A stretch of DNA of 27,553 nucleotides from Octopus sinensis (GCF_006345805.1 NW_021833313.1:1-27553); one strand, 5' to 3'; counted from the stretch's first letter, positions 1 to 10,789 are shown. Made by a program: numbers and translations. Notes: a model not told the origin generated them from the sequence alone.

Positions 1-269
1 ACACATATATGTGTTCATTCATTTTTTCCTCCATTACTCTATAATTGTCGACTACCTGTAATTAAGGGTTGTCTACCTGAGTGTCATTCAGTCTGTATTA
101 CTTGTCTCTGCATTACTCATATCAAGTTCTCCTCCTCATTCTTACAACATCATATTAACTTGTCAACGCTGGCCTTTCTTACTTTGCATTCAAATATGAT
201 TTTCTTTCATTCAGCACAGACACACGAGCTCGTGTGCCGCCGACGACCACATACTGACACAACCCATCC

Positions 270-712
<443 letters not shown>

Positions 713-1007
713 TTAAATAACAAGGGAATAAAAAAGAACTCCATTAGCTCACAGCTGTTTCAGATATAAGACGTAAAATACTTATTGTCGAGTGTTTGTG
801 CCTCACTCAATAAATTCATCGGAACTTTAAACTTGATGTGTAATTTTATTTAGGAGAGCATTTATACATATATAAATATATATACGTAACATGTGGTATA
901 ATTATAAGTAGGGCAAATTTCAGCCATTTCTCCGCAAAATGAAAAACAAAATGATGAACAACCTTAATCGATTTTCGAGCCTTAGTGGGTTCTAATCAGA
1001 GGTGTCA

Positions 1008-1021
1008 TTGTGTGTGTGTGT

Positions 1022-1060
<39 letters not shown>

Positions 1061-1090
1061 TGTGTGTGTGTGTGTGTGTGTGAGTGCGTT
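1008..1090. repeat. (TG)n microsatellite
   Basis: Direct reading. Confidence 0.97.
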
Positions 1091-1114
1091 TCTGTCTGTG
1101 TTTGTTCAGTGATA

Positions 1115-1249
1115 TAGCAGCTCGCCAAAAGACACCGATAGAACAGGTATCAGGTTAAAAAAATTTAATAAGTACTTGGATCGATTCATTCGACTAAAAT
1201 TTTTTCAAGGCGGTGCCCCAGCATGGCCGCAGTCTAATGACTGAAACAG
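1115..1249 (+). mobile_element. 3' fragment of tRNA-derived SINE family A
   Basis: Ends ggcggtgccccagcatggccgcagtctaatgactgaaac, matching the 3' end of the full copies at 9899-10308 and 17466-17856. Confidence 0.88.
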
Positions 1250-1779
1250 ATCACACACACACAAACACACACATACATACACACTGATACACTCATACAT
1301 ATACCCATATTTTGCACGGATATGTCTGTATATGTATACATGTATACGTGTGTGTGTATATGTGTGTATGTATGTATATATATATATTTGTAAAAAAGAA
1401 GTTTGAAAACGCCACTATATTAGATAAATTTAAATTTTCTTATGAGTTTTACGTTTCGGTTCTTTTAAAAACGAACCTTATCAAAAAAGAAAAGTGTAAT
1501 AGAAAAGTTCATAGTTGTTTCTTACTGGTCTCAATAGAATCCATGTGGTGGTGTTTTGTCGGTAATAGGTATAATAGCTAGAAATTTCAAGTTGAGTGTA
1601 GTAAAGGAGTTCATTATTGTTTCTTGCTGGTCTCAACAGGATCCTCGTGGTTGTTTTTTAGCTTTCTTGTGTTCGAATGACCCGCGACTGAAATGGTAGC
1701 AGCAGTAGTGATTGTTGGTCGTAGTAGTAGTAACCGTGGTGTCAAACACGAACAAAGAGGAGACACAACAACGCGTGAA

Positions 1780-2100
1780 GGCGCGTAGCTCAGTGGTTAG
1801 GGACATTCAGTTCACGATCGTAAGGCCGTGAGTTCAATTCCCGGCGGCGCGTTGTGTGCTTGAGCAAGACACTTTATTTCACGTTGCTCCAGTCCTACTC
1901 AGCTGGCAAAATTGAGTTGTACCTGTATTTCAAAGGGCCAGCCTTGTCATACTCTGTGTCACCATGAATCTCCCCGAGAACTACGTTAAGGGTACACATA
2001 TCTGTGGAGTGCTTGGCCACTTGCACGTTAATTTCACGAGCAAGTTGTTCCGTTGCTTGTATCAGCTGGGACACTCGTCGTCGCAACCGACGGAGTGCTC
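1780..2100 (+). mobile_element. Full-length tRNA-derived SINE, family C
   Basis: Head GGCGCGTAGCTCAGTGGTTAG (A box) ... GAGTTCAATTCC (B box), then ttgagcaagacacttt (resembles the start of the CORE-type domain) and a ~250 bp unrelated body; acceptor stem does not pair, so not a tRNA gene. Confidence 0.85.
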
Positions 2101-2459
2101 CTTCCTTCTTCTATATATATACAATACACATATATATGAATTTGTATTTACACGCATGTTATTGTGGGATAAATAAACATCAATTCGTGTAATGTTTCAT
2201 TAGTTCTGATAGGAAACTAGTCTTATGCCAAAAGGTCGGAATAAAGCGCAAGCGCACAGACTCATTCATTTTACAACACAATCACACACACACACACACA
2301 CAACCACGCCCCTCCACACACACCACACACAACTGCGCGCGCACGCATGCACTGACTTGCTTCGTTGGTTGTTTATCGTTTTTAAAATCAATATTGCAAA
2401 TCTATGTAACTATTTTGTATCAATTTATTTAGCACGTTAATCACTGGACATCTATTGAT

Positions 2460-2950
2460 TGGTTATTGACGTATCGAACATTTTACACACATATGCACAC
2501 ACATGCACACACGCATACACATACACTCACACACTCCCGCATATATACTCTCATTCATACTTCCACCTAAAACCATACACATATGCCTATGTAAGCATGT
2601 ATCTATCGTATTGTGTGTGTGTATACTTATATATATGTATATATAAATATATATATACACACATATAAATCTATCTATGTGTGGAAATGCGTATATGCAA
2701 ATATATGTAAATATATATGGATATATGTGAGTATATTTGTATATATATATACATACTCATTTCCCATATATATCCATACACTCCCCAAGCGCATAAACAT
2801 GTATAGGCACACACACACACACACACATATATATATACATACATATATATATATATATTGTGTAATAAATAAAATATATGCATACATACAAACATATATG
2901 TACGTACCGACATCTACATGTATATATACATGCATATATAAATATATATA
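2460..2950. repeat. Degenerate (CA)/(TA)/(CATA) low-complexity tract
   Basis: Direct reading. Confidence 0.9.
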
Positions 2951-3185
2951 CGTACAGGGCACCACAAAAAGACGTAAAACTCAACAGAAACGAAAACGGA
3001 AAGCCATTTTGTTACAACAGAAGGACAGAGACGTGGAACAGGACGAGAACGAAAACGGGAAAAACATTATTTACAACAGAAAAACAAGGTACAGGACATG
3101 CTACACAAGGAAAAATCCCCTTCATCAGCTGTCACTAGTAGACTTAAGCGTGTTTCGAAGGCAAGACAGGACACGACTCGTAGAC
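2945..3185 (-). mobile_element. Probable Penelope-like terminal-repeat fragment
   Basis: Pyrimidine-rich on minus, carries GAAAC and CTGATGA hammerhead-core words, and ends at a TA-rich tract like the other PLE termini here. No coding homology seen. Confidence 0.4.
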
Positions 3186-3480
3186 ATATGCAAATATAGC
3201 ATATCTGTATATACAAGTTATATGCACGTTTTGCTTTTCATTGTCTGCGCGTGAGAAATAGTGGAATCTATGACCGTTTCCAGGATTTCCGAGACTTGTT
3301 GGGGACAGAATAGGGAGAGGACTTTATCGTCTGGTCAGGCTATACACAGGCCTGCATACATGCGCAGGCTAACACACGCAAAAGCACAAACACAAACACA
3401 CATACACACACAGGCACACGCGCACGCACACACATACATATACAGACACACAAACACACATGTGTGTACGTATGTCTATA

Positions 3481-3984
3481 TGGCATTATTCAGTTTATTT
3501 CAAGATTTCTTGCCAATAGAGAAAGAACCGGTTTCTAACCTAGATCCAAGGTTCCTTCAGTGGAATTTCAACATCAACAACCAAATATTTTTCTATGTAT
3601 GTATATGTGCAGACTTGTATGTCTTTTTATTTATGTATTCTCGTGCATATAGTTGCATATCTAGACACGCTCATATACTTTTCAATGTTAAACTTTTGGA
3701 AAGTTTACAGACTTTTACAGTTCCAGCGATGGATTGGATCTGTAGTCTTCGAACTAACTTTCTCCTTTCTGGTCTTGAGAAGCCTAATTTCCCAGGATTG
3801 GTGTTTCGGCAGCGTCTTCCATATCCCAGGGACACAATAACTACAGGTATAAATCTGAACTTGTAATCTGGATAGAGTAGCTGCAGATTACTCAATAGTT
3901 CAGCATAGATGTTCTTTTCACTGATCTTCAGCTTTATGTTAACATCCGGTGGGCAGCTAATTTCCACAACTTCTCTATTCCATA
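3481..3984 (-). mobile_element. 3' fragment of an R4/Dong-clade (restriction-like endonuclease) non-LTR retrotransposon with 3' UTR
   Basis: ORF 3671-3967: (V)VEISCPPDVNIKLKISEK..Y.EL...LQLLYPDYKFRFIPVVIVSLG..., the D-x-(E)K RLE tail with the 'IPiviGaLG'-like motif of R4/Dong elements. Confidence 0.82.
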
Positions 3985-4175
3985 TGTATGTATGTATGTA
4001 TATGTTATGTATGTATGTATGTATGTATGTATGTATGTATGTATGTATGTATGCATGTATGTATGTAGTGCATGTAGGTTAATTATTTAATATACATACA
4101 TACTACACTTGTACACATACACACGTATACACATACATATATACATACATACATATATATATATCGTATATATAT

Positions 4176-4207
<32 letters not shown>

Positions 4208-4216
4208 ATATATATA
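3985..4216. repeat. (TATG)n then (CATA)/(TA)n microsatellites
   Basis: Direct reading. Confidence 0.95.
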
Positions 4217-4314
4217 ACGGGAAGCTTTATGAAAATAAACAAAAGACGAAGGCAGGTGGAAAACAAACGAACAATTGTATTAGTATGGCGCTCAGGAAAT
4301 ATAAATAAAACAAG

Positions 4315-4352
4315 TCTTTAACGTTTCGAGCCTACGCTCTTCAACAGAAAGA
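4315..4352 (-). ncRNA. Minimal type I hammerhead ribozyme motif, A6U core variant
   Basis: UCUUU-CUGUUGA-A-GAGC(GUAG)GCUC-GAA-ACGU-U-AAAGA: stem I 5 bp, stem II 4 bp with tetraloop, palindromic stem III. Confidence 0.72.
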
Positions 4353-4524
4353 TACACAGGGAGAGAAAAACACAGAAAGAAGGAGAGAAAAAAAATGCGT
4401 GCAGTAGCTAACGAATCAACATGGCGATCTGATTTCGGCCAGAGGTCAAAGATCAAACATGAGACGCGAGAGCGAAATAAGGGGAGATAATAGGTTGATA
4501 AAAGGGTTGAGGGACCAGCTAAAA

Positions 4525-4830
4525 GTGCGTGGAGGGGTCTGGATGTGTGTATGTATTAGTATGTATAAGGTGTGTTGTGTGTGGTGTGTGTGTGTGTATG
4601 AGAGAGTATTAGTGCGTAAGATTGGTCTGGACATGCGTATGTATGGGGTTGGTGTATGTATTAGTATGTATTAGTATGTATTAGTACGTATTGGTATGTA
4701 TAGGTATGTGTTGTGTGTGTGAGAGAGTATAAGTGCGTATGCGGGGTCTGGACGTGTGTATGTATAGGGTTGGTGTAAGTATTAGTATGTACTAGTATGT
4801 ATTAGTACGTATTAGTATGTATTAGTTGGT
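4525..4830. repeat. Three imperfect ~100-130 bp tandem units (gtgcgt..ggtctgga..gtatgtattag) inside the PLE 3' region
   Basis: Recurrent ggtctgga anchors and (TATTAGTATG)-like sub-repeats. Confidence 0.7.
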
Positions 4831-4879
4831 GTGTGTATTAGTATGGCACATCATATGTGATGTGATGTGTAAAGTCATG

Positions 4880-5180
4880 TGGTGTAGTGAGAGAAAGAGG
4901 GGGAGGGGGAGAAGAGGGGGGAGAGAAGGGGAGGGGAAGAAGAGGGGGAGGAGAAGGGGGAAGAGGAGAGGATGGGGGAGAAGGAAGGGGAGGAGGGGGA
5001 TGAAGGAGGAAAGAGGGAGAGGGGGAGAGAGGGAGTGAGGGAGCAGAGGGAAGGGGAAGAGGGAGGGAGAAAGAGGGAAGAAGGGAAGGGGAGTAGGGGT
5101 GAAAGGATGAAGGACTGAAGAAGTAGGGGTCGGGGGAAAGGTAGGTGAGGAGGGGGGAGAGGGGGTTAGATGAGGAGGGG
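4880..5180 (+). repeat. Polypurine (GA/GGA-rich) tract
   Basis: Direct reading. Confidence 0.9.
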
Positions 5181-5621
5181 GGGAGAGTTGAGACCAAATG
5201 GCGTATAAGAGCGAAGAGAGAAGATTAATTCCTGTTCACGGCGCAAACGGGAATCCGGATGGCCTCTGTGTAAGGACAAACCGAACACAGATAGGTGTTG
5301 CAAGGAGTGACCGGTGGAGCGGAAATGGCGTGAGACCGGTGTGTCGTTCGCAAGGTGGATGTCACGAAGGTGTTCCGCGAACCGGTCAGCCAAGCGGCGT
5401 CCCGTTTGTCCGATGTACAAGGAATTGCAGAGAGAGCAAGAGATGCAATAGATAATATTGCTGGAGGTGCAGGTGAAGGAGTGGATGATGGGATAGGGTC
5501 GATGGTGGGTGCTAGTGAGGCGGGTGGTGTTGGAGAGGTAAGGGCAAGTGCGGCAACGTGGGCGGGAGCAGGGGAACGAGCCGGGTTGGGAGGTAGGGTC
5601 AGGGAAGGAGCTATGGACCAA
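5166..5621 (-). pseudogene. Penelope-like GIY-YIG endonuclease domain with upstream Cys-rich linker
   Basis: PCSRPRCRTC ... FTCTSSNIIYCISCSLCNSLYIGQTGRRLADRFAEHLRDI ... PVSRHF ... RLRREQELIFSL ... PFGLN. Confidence 0.92.
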
Positions 5622-5667
5622 AAGGTCTCGAAGGTTGTGGGCTCGTTTGAAAGAGGGGAGGGGTCGG

Positions 5668-6600
5668 TTAGGGAAGAGGTGTGAAGTGGACGGTCGGACT
5701 GGAGATGACGGAAAGCTCGAAGAATGGTGCGTTGGAGACGTAGGGTCGTGGGGTGGTAAGTGAGGGAAAAGGGAGGCGGGAGACTACAGGGCGGGTTCGG
5801 GGAGAGAGAGCAGATACACGGTCCACGGACCGTGCTCTGGCAAGGGCGGTGTGGATAGTGGTGAGGGGGTATCCACGTAGGGTGAAGTGGTGAGCCATAC
5901 GTTGAGACTGAGTCTCAAAGTCATGGTCGTCACTACAGAGCCTACGTAGACGGAGGAATTGGGAATAGGGGATGGAAAGCTTGGTGTGTTCTGGGTGGGA
6001 GGAAGAGAAGTTGAGGTATGAGTGTGAGTCTGTGTGTTTGTAGTGAATGGAGGTGGTAAGAGTGGAGTGAAGAATGCTAACCGAAATGTCGAGGAGCAGA
6101 GGTGTTGGAGATAGTGGAGTGAAGTGGAGGGCTGGATGGAAGATTGGACGAAAGAGAGGAAGGAATCTAGATGTTCGCGGAGAGTGAGGTGGCACCGATA
6201 ATGTCGTCAATATAACGACCATATGTTCAGGAGTGGGACCAGTGAAATTAGAGAATATTTGGGCCTCAACATAGCCAACGAACAGGTTCGCATAGTTGGG
6301 GCCCATTCGCGTTCCCATGGCCACTCCCGAGACCTGATGGTAGAACTCGCCCGCGAACGATAAGCAGTTCAGAGTAAGGACAATTTCGGCCAGACGAATG
6401 AGTGTGGAGGTGTCAGGTACAGGGTTAGAGCGGAGGTCAAGAAAGTGTCGAAGGGCCTGCAGTCCTTCGTGGTGAGGGATACAGTATAGAGGCTTCGGAT
6501 GTCCATAGTAAAAAGGATTTTGGAGGAGCCGGGAGGAAGGAGAAAAGTTGAAAAGCCGGAGAGCATGGTTGGTATCGTGGATGTGGGAGGGAAGAGAAAT
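5668..6600 (-). pseudogene. Penelope-like reverse transcriptase, frameshifted
   Basis: LPSHIHDTNHAL, FTMDIRSLYT (other frame), GVAMGTRMGPNYANLFVG, RYIDD at 6203-6217 (shifted frame), HYKHTDSHSYLNFSSSHP, SIPYSQFLRLRRLCS. Confidence 0.92.
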
Positions 6601-6660
6601 CTTGTAGATTGAAAAGAGGATTAAACCAGATAACTTTGCTCTTCCTAAGTCTAACCATTT
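6601..6660 (-). mobile_element. Short fragment of a second Penelope-like lineage (WFNPP-type motif)
   Basis: Translates RLRKSKVIWFNPLFNLQ, resembling the RKRkIIWFNPPF motif that follows the RT in another PLE group. Confidence 0.55.
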
Positions 6661-7309
6661 TTGAGGATGATGTGGCAGATACTCCACGTACACTAACTTA
6701 TCAGTAAATTCACCTACCTTTAGTGCCAAGTTATAATGGTGGCCTTGTGTAACATCTCTCTGTTCGCCGACAGGGTGTAGATTTTACAGATGATATACAT
6801 CTATAAAAATATTCATGTGTAACATATTGCAAAAACAAAGAATGCAAACCGCAACACCACATACAACAACATAAAAAACATAGAGAGTAAAACGCAATAA
6901 CAGTGACTTATACATATTTGCTTTGTTTTGCCTCTTAATAATCCACTCTGGCTCTCTTCTCTTTAAACCATTGTATTTATAAATACAACAGCCGACTCGC
7001 CTTTTCCATTCTACTCTTGGAAAGGGAGACTGAATTCACTTAACAATTTCATTTGGACTTGTCGCTGGTGGCACGCCTATGACATCATGTACATATCGCA
7101 CAATGAATATCTTTATTACGTAAGCCGGGCCCCGTGAAACAGCTGTTGAGATAAGACACTACATAATGTTTTTTCGTTATATATTTTATCTTTATGTTAT
7201 AAACTATATTTTGTGCTCCATGTAAATATGTTTCAAGCTTGTGTTTATCTTTCTCGCATTTCTCTCTCTTTCTTTCCTCCTTCCTCTCTATACAAACATA
7301 TATATTTAC

Positions 7310-7341
7310 ACACATGTATACATATACAAATAAATACGCAG

Positions 7342-7403
<62 letters not shown>

Positions 7404-7651
7404 CACTTCTATATGTGTATGAATGAAATAACTAATATTTATATAATTACACTCTGTTGAGGTATCTGCTTAGTAAAATTGCTGATATGGCTGTTTGCCC
7501 AGTGAGTGTGTGGGCGTGTATGTGTATGTGTGTACGTGTATGTTTGTGTGTGTGTGTGGTGTGTGTGCGCGCGCGTGTACGTGTGTTTGTATGTGTTTGT
7601 GTGTGTATATGCTTGTGTATGAATTCTTACGTGTATATATGTATAAATGTT

Positions 7652-7697
<46 letters not shown>

Positions 7698-8290
7698 TAT
7701 ATATATATAATTACGTTTGTATGCGTGTATGCTTTGTATGTATGTGTTTGCATGTACATATGCGTGTCTACGAATATGTATTTATGCGTGTATGTATATA
7801 TATTTTCATATATGCGCATGTGTGTGTGTGCGTGTGTATATGTATGAATATATATGCGTACATATATATGTACATATGCATGTGGGTGTTTATGTGTATA
7901 CATAAATATATATATCTACGTATGTATAGATATATCTCCACATATATCTATATTATATATACATATATATGAATGTAAGTATATTGGTGATTAATTTACG
8001 TGTGTATGTATAGGTATGTGTATAATTATAAATATATAAATATGCGTACATATATATATGTATATATATATGTGGGTGTTTATATGTATACATCAATATA
8101 TATCTATGAATGTATTGATGTGTCTCCACATATATTTATATTCTATATATACATATATATATATGAATGCAAGTGTATTGGCATACGTGTGTATGAGTGT
8201 ATATATATATATTATATATATATATATATATAATATAATATATTATAATATATATATGTATGTGTGTATTTGTGTGTGTGTGTGTGCGTA
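7310..8290. repeat. Long (TA)/(TG)/(TATG) low-complexity tract
   Basis: Direct reading. Confidence 0.93.
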
Positions 8291-8924
8291 CGCAGACCAG
8301 GTTCCAAAATCTAACAAACCAAGATCTAAAGAGCAGTTCCTATATTTAAGAACATCTCACAACTATCTCACTGAAGAACGGTTTCTTACGATGCCAGAAG
8401 GCCAAATATTGAAACTGGCTTCTGTTTTACCCGGTCTGGATAAAAGACAAAAACCGACCCAGACAATTCTTTCCTGTAATTAACTTACTTGTCTTACAAC
8501 TTCTGTCATTTCTTCTCCGCCTCAACGGCCAATCAGAATACGTACAATCGATTATGTTGTTCCTTCTCCAAGTTTCACAGATTTCAAAGACTTGCTGTTG
8601 ATACAGTCTCACTTCTCTTCTTTACCGTTTTTTTCTTCTTCCTGGATTGTTTCCTACACCAGAACAAGTCACACGGAGATAAAAACCAGAACAAGCCTTT
8701 ATTAACTTATGGTAATAATTCACTGAGGTTTAAAGTTATCGTCTGCCAGAGTAGGTTTAACGCACATGATATTAAAGAACGAAAAAACAAAAAAAAGGCC
8801 GTTGGGAAAGGGATTTGCCCTGAGTCTATAATGGATTCCTCTTTTCATCTCGTTTTATACGCCATTAAAATATGTTTCAATCACTCTTTGTTACATAACG
8901 AACGTACGGCCATTAAGGTTATCA

Positions 8925-9165
8925 ATCCATTCTTATACATACATACATACATACATACATACATACATACATACATACATGCATGCATACATACATACAC
9001 ACATACATACACACATACATACATACATACTTACGTACGTACATACATACATACATACATACATACGTACGTACGTACATACATACGTACTTACATACAT
9101 ACATACAAGCATACATAGATGTGAATATATGTACGCATGTATGTATATATATATATATATATATA
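8925..9165. repeat. (CATA)n microsatellite with CGTA variants
   Basis: Direct reading. Confidence 0.96.
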
Positions 9166-9354
9166 TGAATGAATGAATGAATGTTCGTCCTTCGGTTCGA
9201 AGATGACCAACTGACATCATCTGATGGAACTGGCGCCATGGGACCGGAGGTGGCTGGTGAGGCCAATCCGGGCAAGGAAGCCCCTCCCACAGGTGGGGCA
9301 GAAGTGGGTAGGGGCCGTGCTACTGGTGCAGGCGGCTCTGGCTTTACGTTTCTG
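9165..9354 (-). mobile_element. 3' end of an RTE-clade (BovB-like) LINE
   Basis: KRKARAACTSSTAPTHFCPTCGRGFLARIGLTSHLRSH* (C-terminal CxxC...H motif), short 3' UTR ggtcatcttcgaaccgaaggacgaa, (CATT)n tail. Confidence 0.9.
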
Positions 9355-9355
9355 C

Positions 9356-9388
<33 letters not shown>

Positions 9389-9898
9389 CATAGACACATA
9401 CATAATATATACAGAAACTGATAGCCGCGAGGTGGGGTGGTGGTTTGTGGCAACGAGTGTCACGGGTGCCATTCTCTGCGGCAACTCATTTGCAATCTTA
9501 TTTGCGAATCGCGGCTGAAAACGCCATTTGTTCTGGGGGTGTCCAGCCCGTTACTTACCCTTCCCCACCTTCTGCGGCTTAATCCTTCCCCACGTTTTTT
9601 CCATCTTTTAAAAATTTCCTTGGGAAGGTAGTTAGGGTTCTTTTTCTCGATAATCTGATCTGTTATACTTTTAATATTTTTTCCCTTTCTTTTCTTACTG
9701 TGAAAATATGTTGTCAATAAGAAGTCCTTACTTTAAGTAAGGATATGTTCACTAACTTCAAATGTATCGATTTATGTGTTTAATGTTCACAAGATACAAA
9801 TAAACATCAGAACGGCTTTGGGTTTATCTCCAAACCATTGGTACGCCAAACTTCAAGACACCCCCGCCTCCTCTTATATTACTCCATAACCGTAAAAC

Positions 9899-10308
9899 TC
9901 TTACTTTACTTTTACTTTTACTTGTTTCAGTCATTTGACTGCGGCCATGCTGGAGCACCGCCTTTAGTCGAGCAAATCGACCCCGGGACTTATTCTTTGT
10001 AAGCCCAGTACTTTTCTATCGGTCTCTTTTTGCCGAACCGCTAAGTGACGGGGACGTAAACACACCAGCATCGGTTGTCAGCAATGCTAGGGGACAAACA
10101 CAGACACACAACACACACACATGCATATATATATACATATATACGACAGGCTTCTTTCAGTTTCCGTCTACCAAATCCACTCACAAGGCATTGGTCGGGG
10201 CCCGGGGCTATAGTAGAAGACACTTGCCCAAGGTGCTATGCAGTGGGACTGAACCCGGAACCATGTGGTTAGTTAGCAAGCTACTTACCACACAGCCACT
10301 CCTGCGCC
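9899..10308 (-). mobile_element. Full-length tRNA-derived SINE family A (young copy)
   Basis: Head GGCGCAGGAGTGGCTGTGTGG (A box), GGTTCAGTCCC (B box), ttgggcaagtgtctt, internal CA/TA microsatellite, (AGTAAA)n tail; very similar to 17466-17856. Confidence 0.95.
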
Positions 10309-10314
10309 TATGTG

Positions 10315-10560
10315 TAAATTTTGTATACAAATTTGAGAATCCATGATTTATCCCAGTCTTCGAGATCTCCTTCAAGAAAAGGTATAACCTCTTAAATTTA
10401 GGAATAAATTCTCTTCACTCATTCTGAGTGGACTCGCACAAATGGAGCAAAAGATGTCTGGGTAGTTCTTGCATCTTTTTATTTTTATTTTCGGGTGGAA
10501 GCCATAGCGTTTATTGAATCTACTAAAATGGCGGACGGAGCAAAACGCTGTCTTCTGGTT
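10315..10560 (-). mobile_element. Decayed N-terminal fragment of a Chapaev3-like (CMC) DNA transposase
   Basis: ATG at 10505: MASTRK, then across frameshifts RCKNYPDIFCSIC and DLEDWDKSW, resembling the 'CxNxPDxFCYICG...LGDQDKSWAPH' N-terminus. Family assignment is from recall. Confidence 0.55.
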
Positions 10561-10570
10561 TCTCGACCCC

Positions 10571-10660
10571 ATGGTTCCGGATTCAGTCCCACTGCATGGC
10601 AGCTTGGGCGTGTCTTCTTGGTAGACGGAAACTGAAAGAAGCCCGTCGTATATATATATA
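10571..10660 (+). mobile_element. Internally deleted fragment of SINE family A
   Basis: atggttccggattcagtcccactgcatggcagcttggg...ggtagacggaaactgaaagaagcccgtcgta(TA)n. Confidence 0.85.
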
Positions 10661-10789
10661 TACGTCTGATGGCCTAGGATTCTCTCATCTCGAAAGCTAA
10701 AGTAAAATAAAGACGTTGGATTCGAACTCCCAATTCACCGTTTCTATCCCCTAATCTAGAGTCAACGACCGAACTACAATTCATCTCTA

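Larger units (their letters stand above)
4217..6600 (-). mobile_element. 5'-truncated Penelope-like retroelement (probably Neptune-type): RT, GIY-YIG endonuclease, low-complexity 3' region, terminal repeat with hammerhead motif
   Basis: RT motifs and GIY-YIG ORF below in the expected order on minus, plus a hammerhead motif at 4315-4352; 3' end abuts (TA)n. Confidence 0.92.

Noticed and set aside
1780-1852. tRNA gene
   Set aside because: A and B boxes are present but the acceptor and anticodon stems do not pair, and the sequence continues into a SINE body.
2206-2222. CTGATAGGAAACTAGTC hammerhead-like word
   Set aside because: Core is wrong, and stems I and II are absent.
3525-3565. Hammerhead-like CUGAAGG-AACCU...AGGUU-AGAAACCGGUU in the R4/Dong 3' UTR (minus)
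   Set aside because: A9 is replaced, there is an extra base before G12, and no stem I pairing.
10526-10540. AAAATGGCGG YY1/start-codon-like motif
   Set aside because: Lies within the transposase relic on the opposite strand; such a short motif is expected by chance.
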